A stretch of DNA of 42,717 bases, taken from the sequence record SRR22947727_660; one strand, written 5' to 3'. The notes beneath the pieces are model-generated. The model was not told where the DNA came from and did no database searches. It saw nothing but the letters and a program-made list of their open reading frames with translations. Made by a program: the position numbers and the translations under genes. Below are positions 31,223 through 39,928 of the stretch, one piece after another (within the stretch, counting starts at the first letter, position 1; each line of letters begins with the position of its first letter).

Positions 31223-31605
31223 ATTCAATCATTAACGATGGTTACGAATCTGTTACTTTAGTTGCTTGCAACGAAAGAAGTGACCTTGTATACAAGTTAT
31301 CAGGCTTGGGTATACATGTTGATATTGTAGATTATGATCCAAAATTTAAAAATCCTAAAGATGTAATTTTTGATAATATTAAATTTAATGAATTAGTTGT
31401 TGACTTTAATGCTGAAAAGCATTATCCTATAGGTAAAGTTTATAAAGGTGATTTAATTGTTGTTGGTGATAACGATCAACATAACGGTGATTGTAACCCA
31501 ATTGATAATGTAGATATATTAATTGAACAAAATAATATAACAAATGTTGATTTTAGCTATAATATAGATAAGTGGTTTGTTGTAAAGGGAAACAATGCAG
31601 ATTGA
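31189..31605 (+). CDS. hypothetical protein, possibly a reduced Rossmann/methyltransferase-like fold
   Basis: VDIVDYDP, VVDFNAEKH and H.GDCN loosely parallel FFEIDP, LINTSCEH and DHINC in the next ORF. Confidence 0.45.
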   Translation: MGRRDLEKLLLDSIINDGYESVTLVACNERSDLVYKLSGLGIHVDIVDYDPKFKNPKDVIFDNIKFNELVVDFNAEKHYPIGKVYKGDLIVVGDNDQHNGDCNPIDNVDILIEQNNITNVDFSYNIDKWFVVKGNNAD

Positions 31606-32239
31606 ATATGCAAATATGCTCAAGTGGTTTTATAATAACCACTTAGATAAAATAGATAGATTTGTTGAATCAGTATCTCATAATCAACAAAAATCAAAAG
31701 AACAATTATTTCTTGGTTTAAAAGAAAAAAATATTGTTGTTCCTAGTAATGAAGATGGTGGCATAACTATTGAAATAGTAGGTGGGTGGTTTGGATGGCC
31801 ATTAATAGGTATGTTACAAAAATATTTTGGTAACTCAATATTAAAAATTAATTTTTTTGAAATTGATCCTTTTGCTGTAAAAGTTCTTCATAGATATATA
31901 AAAGAATTTGATCCTTATTTTACTATTAATATATTTGAACAGGATTGGTTTACTTATAAAGAAAATAGAAGAGCTCATATACTTATCAATACGTCATGTG
32001 AACACATGAAAGACTTTTCAGAAATGAGAGAATATTTTATTAGTCCTGAAAGAACATTATTAATGTTAACTTCAAATGATAAGATTAATGAACCTGATCA
32101 TATTAATTGTAAAAATTCATCAAGTATGTTAGCTATGGATAATAATGTTAGAATGCTACATGGCGATTGGTGTAGATTTAATGTTGGCACGCCTGAAAAA
32201 TATATTAGGTATTTTGTTATAGGCAAGTGGAATGGTTGA
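31595..32239 (+). CDS. class I SAM-dependent methyltransferase-like protein
   Basis: IEIVGGWFG (motif I-like), FFEIDP (acidic motif II), LINTSCEHM and H.NC. Confidence 0.6.
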   Translation: MQIEYANMLKWFYNNHLDKIDRFVESVSHNQQKSKEQLFLGLKEKNIVVPSNEDGGITIEIVGGWFGWPLIGMLQKYFGNSILKINFFEIDPFAVKVLHRYIKEFDPYFTINIFEQDWFTYKENRRAHILINTSCEHMKDFSEMREYFISPERTLLMLTSNDKINEPDHINCKNSSSMLAMDNNVRMLHGDWCRFNVGTPEKYIRYFVIGKWNG

Positions 32240-32786
32240 TATATTATTGGTCAATACAGGAGACAAGTATCCTCAAATTTATACTGATAATATAATTTAT
32301 ATGTTAGATAAAACTGGTACAAAGTATGATAATGTTCATATAATTTCTGAAGAACAGTATGATGGTGTATGGAACAAACTTCAATTGTTCAGAGACTTTA
32401 AGAAAGGTCCTTATCTATATTTTGATTTAGATGTATGTCTAACAAAAAATGTCGAATACTTACAAAGAAAACAATTTACGTTATTGAAAGCTTGGTGGAG
32501 AGAAAAGTATCACACACCATTAAATTCCTCAGTTATGTCGTGGGAAGGAGATTATTCTTTTTATTATAATATTTTTAATACAAATCCAGATTACTATATG
32601 ATGAAATACAAAGGTATTGATCAATACATATACGAATTAGATATGAGTTACACAACATATGAGCCGGTGTGTACTTCTTATAATTGGCAAGGGTTTAACG
32701 ACAATTGGGGTGTTACTATTTTTAATCAAGCATATGATAAGATGAGGGAGCAAGGACCATGGTCAAAGTATATGCTGTTCGAATAG
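32232..32786 (+). CDS. GT-A fold glycosyltransferase-like protein
   Basis: G.KY...Y, WNKLQLF, DxD (YFDLDV), NSSVM.W and G.DQYI motifs. Confidence 0.72.
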   Translation: MVDILLVNTGDKYPQIYTDNIIYMLDKTGTKYDNVHIISEEQYDGVWNKLQLFRDFKKGPYLYFDLDVCLTKNVEYLQRKQFTLLKAWWREKYHTPLNSSVMSWEGDYSFYYNIFNTNPDYYMMKYKGIDQYIYELDMSYTTYEPVCTSYNWQGFNDNWGVTIFNQAYDKMREQGPWSKYMLFE

Positions 32787-33319
32787 GTAACAAATATGGA
32801 ATTGAATACGAAGAATATTTAAAACAAAAAATTCCTGGTATAACATTTATTAACAAATCTGTAAATCCATTTATTTTACAATGGAACAAATTAAGATTTA
32901 TGGATTTAGATGTAGACGAACCTATATGTGTAATAGATGTTGATGTTGGTTTGTTTAATAACTATATGGAATTATTTAACTATCCAATTGATAAAGGAGA
33001 GTTTTTAAGTATTCCTAGTTGGTGGAAAGATACACAAAAAGAACAATACAAAATTAATGGAGGTTTCTATAAATACTACCCTAAAGAATGTAGATACATT
33101 GTCGACAGATTCAGAGAAAAACCTGAATATTATACAACTAAATATATTAAAAATCAGACTACAGTTGGACCAGTTAACGGGGAACAGTACTTTGTCGAAG
33201 ACACAGCTAGAGAAAATCTCGAGGTCAGAACAGTCCCAGAATGGTGGGTACAGCGAGCGTTTAAAGGCAAGTTTTTTCAAGACGGTGAAGTAAAATTAGT
33301 ACACTATAGTTGGCAATAA
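32759..33319 (+). CDS. GT-A fold glycosyltransferase-like protein
   Basis: G.KYG.EY, WNKL.FM, DxD (VIDVDV), NGGFYK, GEQ.FV and a terminal VH motif. Confidence 0.68.
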   Translation: MVKVYAVRIGNKYGIEYEEYLKQKIPGITFINKSVNPFILQWNKLRFMDLDVDEPICVIDVDVGLFNNYMELFNYPIDKGEFLSIPSWWKDTQKEQYKINGGFYKYYPKECRYIVDRFREKPEYYTTKYIKNQTTVGPVNGEQYFVEDTARENLEVRTVPEWWVQRAFKGKFFQDGEVKLVHYSWQ

Positions 33320-33333
33320 AATGGAGATAAAAA

Positions 33334-33864
33334 ATGTATAACATTTATAATAATTATGATCATATTCCTACGGAGGATTTCACCTTTGAATATATCGAAG
33401 GTATACAAATAGACGACAATTTATTACATAAAACAGTATCTGAAATTAAAGCAGGAGGCTTATTAAGCACTTGGAAAACTGAAGAAAGAAAATCTTTCAA
33501 CTTAGATGACCAATATAAAAAAAATAATGAAAATTCAGTTTATGATCAATTTGAAGTTCAACAAAACGTAATAGAATTATTAAAAAAACAAATTGATATT
33601 TACATACATGATAATTTAATAAGGTATCAAGTTTTAAGAAACGGTATACCTAAACACACAGATGCAAAAAGACACTGTATATTAAATTACATTATTAATA
33701 CTGGGGGGGATAATGTTGTTACAAAGTGGTATGATTCTAATAATAATGTAATAAATCAAGTTGTTGTACAAGAAAAAAAATGGTACAGAATGAAAACTAA
33801 TATTGATCATTCTATAGAAGGAATAACATCTGATAGATTAATGCTTACAATATCAATTTTATGA
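33334..33864 (+). CDS. 2OG-Fe(II) oxygenase / cupin-like protein
   Basis: HxD (PKHTD), LNYII, distal His (IDHSI) and R..L.I, consistent with a DSBH facial triad. Confidence 0.6.
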   Translation: MYNIYNNYDHIPTEDFTFEYIEGIQIDDNLLHKTVSEIKAGGLLSTWKTEERKSFNLDDQYKKNNENSVYDQFEVQQNVIELLKKQIDIYIHDNLIRYQVLRNGIPKHTDAKRHCILNYIINTGGDNVVTKWYDSNNNVINQVVVQEKKWYRMKTNIDHSIEGITSDRLMLTISIL

Positions 33865-34424
33865 AAAATTATAAATTAATTGAATGGTCAAATAAATTAA
33901 ATCTAGAAAATTTTTATAAACTAGCTAAAGAAAAAAAATATGTTAATAATAGTAATCAAAAAAATTTAGTAGATTGTTTTAAAAATGAAAAAAGATTTAA
34001 CGTTTGGATATTATATGATGATTTTGAACCTGTAGGAAGTGTTGCTGCGCATAGTTTTGATGATGTTATGGGTGAAGGTAGTTATAGAGTCTTAGCTAGA
34101 TGTTGTGTGATAAATGGAAACAGGCCCAATCATGGTTTAGGTACAGCAAAGAGATTAATCTCAGAACATCAAAACGTAAATGATCAATTTTATCTTCCTA
34201 AATGTATAGAGTGGGCCAACAGCGATAAGCTATATGTTACATCAAATCAAAATAGTGAAGGTAGTCAAAAACTTGTTGATAAAATATATTTTCCTACATT
34301 GCAAAAAAAAGGAATTGTTGAAAAAATAAAACACATACGTTATAGAAATACTGATCAAGTAGTATGGAAAATAAATATTAAAGAATTTCAAAACAATTTG
34401 AGGAGATTTAAAAGATGGCAATAA
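33861..34424 (+). CDS. putative GNAT-fold protein
   Basis: Pattern W..Y....VG.VA.H......YR..AR.C resembles an acetyltransferase beta core. Weak evidence. Confidence 0.4.
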   Translation: MKNYKLIEWSNKLNLENFYKLAKEKKYVNNSNQKNLVDCFKNEKRFNVWILYDDFEPVGSVAAHSFDDVMGEGSYRVLARCCVINGNRPNHGLGTAKRLISEHQNVNDQFYLPKCIEWANSDKLYVTSNQNSEGSQKLVDKIYFPTLQKKGIVEKIKHIRYRNTDQVVWKINIKEFQNNLRRFKRWQ

Positions 34425-35101
34425 ATGGCAAGTGGTTAATAGACCTTGAGCCTTTTGTCAATTTAACTGAATTGAAAGAATTAGATTATGAATTGTGTAG
34501 AGGTTTTGCTTTGTCTGAATATCACTTACCTACACCTGGAATAAGGCCAATTGGTTTAGAACATTCACCTAGTGAAATTGAAAAAAAATGGAAAGGTAAA
34601 GACGAAGTTCAGGGAATGTCTGATACTCAAAGAAGACTTTTTTTGAGTGTTTATGAAAAAGCAGCTTTTCCAGGTAGAGCTGTAATGATAAAAAAACAAG
34701 ATCATTATAAAAATAAACATTTAGATAAACATTGTGTCTTTACTAAAAATGCAATTTTCTTTCCTAAGTTATTAAGTTTTATTAATAAATTTCCTTTTAA
34801 AGAGTATGGAAGAATAGAATTATTTGTAGGTTATCCAAATTGTTCAGTACCTATTCACAAAGATGTGATGGACGAAAATGATGTAAATGAAAAAACATGT
34901 GATTTTTTTTGGTTGTCAACAAGAGGTAATGATAAAAAATTTTATGTTTTAGATGATAAAAATAAAAAACATTATGCAACCCACATATCTTGGTTTGATG
35001 AAAAGGATCCTCATGGTTCTGACCCATTACCTTACAGTACATTGTCACTTAGAGTGGATGGTATATTTGAAGAAGAGTTTAAAAATAAATGTCTGATGTA
35101 A
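34415..35101 (+). CDS. 2OG-Fe(II) oxygenase / Asp-hydroxylase-like protein
   Basis: GRI..F, HxD (PIHKD), WF.E.D.HG and S.RVDG motifs. Confidence 0.6.
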   Translation: MAINGKWLIDLEPFVNLTELKELDYELCRGFALSEYHLPTPGIRPIGLEHSPSEIEKKWKGKDEVQGMSDTQRRLFLSVYEKAAFPGRAVMIKKQDHYKNKHLDKHCVFTKNAIFFPKLLSFINKFPFKEYGRIELFVGYPNCSVPIHKDVMDENDVNEKTCDFFWLSTRGNDKKFYVLDDKNKKHYATHISWFDEKDPHGSDPLPYSTLSLRVDGIFEEEFKNKCLM

Positions 35102-36438
35102 TATTATTTACAGATGTCAATGGATGCTTTGGTTTTGGAAGATATGCTGGTACATATAGAATTGCTACTGAATTGAGAAATATGAATTTAAAGGTACAAA
35201 CAATAGATTTTTGTATGAGTTTTAACATTGATGAAATACTTGAAATAATAAAAAAATATATAACTAAAAAAACAAAAATGGTTGGAATATCAAGTACATT
35301 TTTAGTAACTTCTAATAACAACATTGTTGATAGAGTTAATATGGGAATAGCTAATACAAAATCTACTAGTGTAGGATGGAACAAAGAAGAGTTTAATTTA
35401 ATATCTAGTTATATAAAAAAAATTAATTCAGAAATAAAAATTGTAGTAGGAGGTTCTAAAATAAAGTATGATGTTTCTAATGTAGATTTTTGGGTAGCTG
35501 GTGAAGGTGAAAATTTTGTAAGAAAAATGTTTTCAAATAATAATAAATTTAATTTTAATACTAGTAAAATTGAATGGAATGAAAGTGATTATATTTTTAA
35601 AAACGAACACTTACCTATAGAAATTGCAAGAGGTTGTATATTTAAATGTAGTTTTTGTTCATATAATTTAAATGGAAAAAAACAAAACGATTATGTTAAA
35701 TCAACAGATGTTGTAAAGGAAGAATTATTAACAAATTATCAAAAATACGGAACAACAGGATACATGTTTTGTGACGATACGTATAACGATACTGTATCTA
35801 AAGTAAAAAAATATTATAAAATGTTGACAAACTTACCTTTTGAAATAGAATTTAGTACTTATATGAGATTAGATTTGATAGCATCCAAACCAGAAACAAT
35901 AGATATGCTTTACGATAGCGGATGTAGAAGTGTTTTTTTTGGTATTGAAACTTTTAATAAAGAAGCTGGTAAAAATATTGGTAAAGGTATGGACTCCAAT
36001 AAAATTAAAGATACTTTATATCTTTTAAAAGAAAGATGGCCTGAGACTGTTATTGGAGCTGGATTTATAGCTGGATTGCCACATGAAACAGAAAAATCAT
36101 TACACAGTACAATAGAGTGGTTAAAAGAAAAAAATTGTCCAATTGACTCACCTAGTTTACAAGTATTAAGTGTAGGCAAAAACAGTTCTATAGGTAACAA
36201 TCCATTCAATTTTGGAATTGAAATTACAAACTATGGCTGGAAGTCTAAATGGACTAATAGTAATAGAATGAAAAAAATTGTGGAGAATACTAATTTTCCT
36301 ATCCTTAACAATTTTACTTTTTACAATAGAATAAAAAATTTGAACATAGATAAAAAACATATTAAAAATAAAAATTATATAAAAATTAATGAGAAATATA
36401 ATATTTTATTTCAACAATACAAGGATAATATATTATGA
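35089..36438 (+). CDS. B12-binding (class B-like) radical SAM protein
   Basis: N-terminal B12-binding-like region (VGISSTF, IVVGG, GEGE). E.ARGC.F.CSFC, DDT.N, R.DL, FFGIET and FI.GLP.ET motifs. Confidence 0.85.
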   Translation: MSDVILFTDVNGCFGFGRYAGTYRIATELRNMNLKVQTIDFCMSFNIDEILEIIKKYITKKTKMVGISSTFLVTSNNNIVDRVNMGIANTKSTSVGWNKEEFNLISSYIKKINSEIKIVVGGSKIKYDVSNVDFWVAGEGENFVRKMFSNNNKFNFNTSKIEWNESDYIFKNEHLPIEIARGCIFKCSFCSYNLNGKKQNDYVKSTDVVKEELLTNYQKYGTTGYMFCDDTYNDTVSKVKKYYKMLTNLPFEIEFSTYMRLDLIASKPETIDMLYDSGCRSVFFGIETFNKEAGKNIGKGMDSNKIKDTLYLLKERWPETVIGAGFIAGLPHETEKSLHSTIEWLKEKNCPIDSPSLQVLSVGKNSSIGNNPFNFGIEITNYGWKSKWTNSNRMKKIVENTNFPILNNFTFYNRIKNLNIDKKHIKNKNYIKINEKYNILFQQYKDNIL

Positions 36439-37166
36439 ATAAAGTATTTTTTGATGTCGATAAAGAAGGTAGACCACTTGTTCACGCAGTACCAGAGAAT
36501 AAAACAAGAGTGTTATACCACGAACTAGACTTGAAATTAACCTTTCCTACAGAAGAAGATATGGCATGTGAGGCTCAACTTTCAGCAATTGGTACATGGG
36601 AACCACTTAGATTTATAATTAAAGATTGGTACAAAGATGAGAGTGAGTTAATTGATTTGTGGAGACCTTTTCAACCTAAAAAAGGAGTTTCAAACGATAG
36701 GGAGAGCATTCTTTTATATGGAGCTCCTGGTGCTGAACCGACTGATCCTTGTGGTCTTTCACAGATGGCATTAAAATCTGGTATAAAACCACGCGAAGAT
36801 TCAATGAGAACACCTACATCTGCTCAACCTAAACTAAAATGTTTACAAGAAGTATTTGACTATTTTGAGTTAGGTAGAACTTTTCTTGTAAGATTAAACC
36901 AAGGAGGACATTATCCACCACACCGTGATTGTCATATTCTTACTCGTCCAACTTTTAGATTAATTGCCTTTCTAGGAGATTCGACTGGAAAACTTAGATG
37001 GGAAGTTGAAGGTAAAAGGGTTTATGTTGAACCAAATCATTTATATTATGTTGATACAAGAAAGATGCACAACCTATGGAGTAGTGGTTCTAAGAGTACA
37101 ATGTGTGTATTCAATATAATGAAAGATTGGAAAAACACTATGAAAGTTCTATCCATGCTAAAATAA
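36435..37166 (+). CDS. aspartyl/asparaginyl beta-hydroxylase-like 2OG-Fe(II) oxygenase
   Basis: GR..LV.L..GG.YPPHRD (HxD), FRLI and Y.VDT.K.H (distal His) motifs. Confidence 0.65.
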   Translation: MNKVFFDVDKEGRPLVHAVPENKTRVLYHELDLKLTFPTEEDMACEAQLSAIGTWEPLRFIIKDWYKDESELIDLWRPFQPKKGVSNDRESILLYGAPGAEPTDPCGLSQMALKSGIKPREDSMRTPTSAQPKLKCLQEVFDYFELGRTFLVRLNQGGHYPPHRDCHILTRPTFRLIAFLGDSTGKLRWEVEGKRVYVEPNHLYYVDTRKMHNLWSSGSKSTMCVFNIMKDWKNTMKVLSMLK

Positions 37167-37197
37167 TAGAACTGTAATAAGTTGCCTTTATAGTCGT

Positions 37198-37205
37198 TAT
37201 AAATA
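37198..37205 (+). promoter_or_regulatory. T4-type late promoter (TATAAATA)
   Basis: Perfect TATAAATA, intergenic, 7 nt before the gp16 ATG. Confidence 0.75.
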
Positions 37206-37212
37206 ATATATC

Positions 37213-37581
37213 ATGGAAAAAGAAAAAGAATTAGAAAAAAGTTTAAAAAATGAAAAAAATAATCTAGAAAAGATTATAACAAATAGGAATGACGACTATA
37301 CCTATGCTAGAGAAATATTGTATACATCTACAGAAAGATTGCAAGATATTTTAGATGCAGCAGTAAATTTAGCACAAGAGTCTGAACATCCTAGGGCAAT
37401 AGAAGTTGCTACCGAAGCCGCAAAAGCATTAGGAGATAATGCTGCAAAGATGATGGATCACCATTTAAAAACTGAAAAGTTACAAAATCCATCAGGCGAA
37501 AATAAAAGTATTACAAATAATAATCTTAATGTTAAAATGAACACTAAAGATTTGTTAGAACTTCTTAATCGTGACAATTGA
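37213..37581 (+). CDS. gp16: terminase small subunit gp16
   Basis: DDY.YAR..L, LA.ESEHPRA.EV and TNNNL....T..L..LL motifs. Located directly before gp17. Confidence 0.9.
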   Translation: MEKEKELEKSLKNEKNNLEKIITNRNDDYTYAREILYTSTERLQDILDAAVNLAQESEHPRAIEVATEAAKALGDNAAKMMDHHLKTEKLQNPSGENKSITNNNLNVKMNTKDLLELLNRDN

Positions 37582-39418
37582 TAATTTAATAAAAAAAGAT
37601 ATATACAATCCAGATTTCCACAAAGGTTTTAAAAAATTTGGAGATGTGTATGTTAAAAATAAAAAAACATTAATTGAACATATTTCAAAACAAAGACATA
37701 ATCACGATGCTCCTACTGAACAAACTCACAGTGATTTGTTTGAAAAAAACTCTACTGGGGTTTCACATTATATGGGAAATCCAAACGTAAAAGCAGCATT
37801 CGTATCTGTAGATTACACTCCTGATCAATTAAAAGAATTCCAAAAGTGTAGTCAAGATCCAATCTATTTCACTGAAACATACATAAGAATTATGTCTGTT
37901 GACTTTGGTTTAATTCCTTTTACTATGTATCAATTTCAAAGAAATATGATAAGTACTTTCAATGACAATAGATTTACAATATGCAAACTACCAAGACAAA
38001 GTGGAAAGTCAACTACTTCTGTAGCTTACATTCTATGGTACTTACTTTTTAATCCTGGTAAGGTTGTAGGTATACTAGCTAACAAAGGTGAGCTAGCTCA
38101 AGAGATGTTAGGAAGATTAGCAACAGCATATGAATCGTTGCCTTTTTGGTTACAGCAGGGTTGTATAACATATAACAAAAGATCAATAGAACTAGAAAAT
38201 GGTTCAAAAGTTATAGCAACAGCTTCATCTGGTTCAGCAGCCCGAGGTATGTCATTTTCATTATTGTTTTTAGATGAATTTGCTTTCGTTCCACCTAATG
38301 ATGCTGAAGATTTCTTTCGTTCAGTTTATCCAACTATTTCCTCTGGTTCTGATACAAAAATGATAGTTGTTTCAACACCAAAAGGTATGAATCATTTTTA
38401 TAAAATGTGGATGGAATCTACTGAGAAAAGATCTAAATTTAAACCTATTGAAATAAATTGGTGGGATGTTCCAGGAAGAGATGAAGATTGGAAACAAGAA
38501 CAAATATCTAATACGTCTGAAGATCAATTTAGACAAGAATTCGAATGTCAGTTTATTGGTTCATCAAATACTCTTATAGCACCAACAAAGTTAAGTGCAT
38601 TAACTTATATGAATCCAATAAAAAGTCAAGAACACGTTGACTTCTATGAAGATTCAAAACCTGGTCATAATTATATAATGTGTGTTGATTCTGCTAGAGG
38701 TGTTAGGTTAGATTACAGTGCTTTTGTAGTTGTTGATATAAGCGCAGTTCCATATAAAGTTGTAGCTAAGTTTAGATCTAATGAAATATCTCCTATGATT
38801 TATCCAAACTTTATTGTTAACATAGGTAAATATTATAACAACGCTTGGGTTTTAGTTGAGGTTAATGACGTAGGACAACAAGTTGCTGTTGGTGTACAAC
38901 AAGAATTTGAGTATGAGAATATTTTATCTACTGTATCTAAAGGTAGAGCTGGTTTTCAATTAGGTTCAGGTCCTGGATCAAAATTAGGAGTTACTACTTC
39001 ACACTCAGTAAAAAATAATGGGTGTTCAAATTTAAAGTCTTTAATAGAAGCTGATAAACTTATTATTGAAGACTATGATATATACGTTGAACTTACAACG
39101 TTTGTAAGAAAAAGTGAAGGCAACACAGGTTCGTTTGAAGCAGAGCCTGGTTGTAACGACGACTTGGTAATGTGTTTAGTATTATTTGCATGGGCAGCTG
39201 GTACTGAATACTGGAAAGAGTTGACAGATACAAATGCTAAACAGCATATGTATAAACAAAAACTTGGAGAACTAGAAGAAGAAGTCATGCCAATTGGTTT
39301 TTTACCTTATGACGAAATGATCGATAAGCAAATTGATAATAATGGTGACGTGTGGTCAACTGTTGATGAGCCTGTCGTACCAGAATGGTATAATGATTTG
39401 TATAAGTCGAATTTTTAA
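37571..39418 (+). CDS. gp17: terminase large subunit gp17
   Basis: Y.GNPN.K, Walker A PRQSGKST, Walker B LFLDEFAF, STP.G.NHFY, F.QEF.C.F and nuclease motifs VD.A.G...DYS and DDLVM. Confidence 0.96.
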   Translation: MTIDNLIKKDIYNPDFHKGFKKFGDVYVKNKKTLIEHISKQRHNHDAPTEQTHSDLFEKNSTGVSHYMGNPNVKAAFVSVDYTPDQLKEFQKCSQDPIYFTETYIRIMSVDFGLIPFTMYQFQRNMISTFNDNRFTICKLPRQSGKSTTSVAYILWYLLFNPGKVVGILANKGELAQEMLGRLATAYESLPFWLQQGCITYNKRSIELENGSKVIATASSGSAARGMSFSLLFLDEFAFVPPNDAEDFFRSVYPTISSGSDTKMIVVSTPKGMNHFYKMWMESTEKRSKFKPIEINWWDVPGRDEDWKQEQISNTSEDQFRQEFECQFIGSSNTLIAPTKLSALTYMNPIKSQEHVDFYEDSKPGHNYIMCVDSARGVRLDYSAFVVVDISAVPYKVVAKFRSNEISPMIYPNFIVNIGKYYNNAWVLVEVNDVGQQVAVGVQQEFEYENILSTVSKGRAGFQLGSGPGSKLGVTTSHSVKNNGCSNLKSLIEADKLIIEDYDIYVELTTFVRKSEGNTGSFEAEPGCNDDLVMCLVLFAWAAGTEYWKELTDTNAKQHMYKQKLGELEEEVMPIGFLPYDEMIDKQIDNNGDVWSTVDEPVVPEWYNDLYKSNF

Positions 39419-39430
39419 TGTATTTAGTTT

Positions 39431-39438
39431 AATAAATA
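39431..39438 (+). promoter_or_regulatory. possible late-promoter variant (AATAAATA)
   Basis: Intergenic, one mismatch to the consensus, upstream of a GAGG RBS and ATG 39467. Confidence 0.35.
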
Positions 39439-39466
39439 AACTATCTGATCAGAGGTAAAATAAAAG

Positions 39467-39892
39467 ATGGCGCGGCAGCTCAAGTATAATCTTAATAATC
39501 GTGTATTGACTATTGAGAACATGTTAGTAGATAAACTTGATTTTCAGAGTGATTCTGATATTAGTGTTTATACGATGGCAACAGGAGCTACAGCAACGGC
39601 AACTACTTCTGCTAGAAAAATTGTAGAGTTTGCAAAAACAACGTATGGCTCTGCAAAATTTATTATCCAAGCTACGGATAAGATAACAGATCAAAAACTT
39701 GTAACAGAAGTTTTATTATCTGTTGATAGCGATTCCGTAGACTTAACAGAATATGGTACTTTGGTATCATCTAACACCAGGTTTGTTGATTTTAGTTCAA
39801 TAATTAATGGTGAAATCTGTGAGCTTAGATCACAGACAACAAGTAGCAATCAAACCGAATTTAAGGTTAGTGCTACTTTAATAAGAGTATAG
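39467..39892 (+). CDS. virion structural / fibre-associated protein
   Basis: SAKF.IQ......TEVLL.......TEYG domain, paralogous to the C-terminal domain of 39929..41356. Confidence 0.6.
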   Translation: MARQLKYNLNNRVLTIENMLVDKLDFQSDSDISVYTMATGATATATTSARKIVEFAKTTYGSAKFIIQATDKITDQKLVTEVLLSVDSDSVDLTEYGTLVSSNTRFVDFSSIINGEICELRSQTTSSNQTEFKVSATLIRV

Positions 39893-39928
39893 TTATTAAT
39901 AACTATATAGCCAATAAGGAGATATAAA

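Noticed and set aside
21537-37166. Island as a DNA hypermodification, queuosine/7-deazaguanine or classical RiPP cluster
   Set aside because: No recognisable QueC, QueD, FolE, DpdA, thymidylate synthase-like or nucleotide kinase genes, and no short precursor peptide, protease or transporter. Not formally excluded, but unsupported here.
37571-39418. Possible intein or intron in the terminase large subunit, given its N-terminal extension
   Set aside because: At 615 aa it is of normal T4 gp17 size, the motifs are contiguous, and no intein or homing endonuclease signatures are present.
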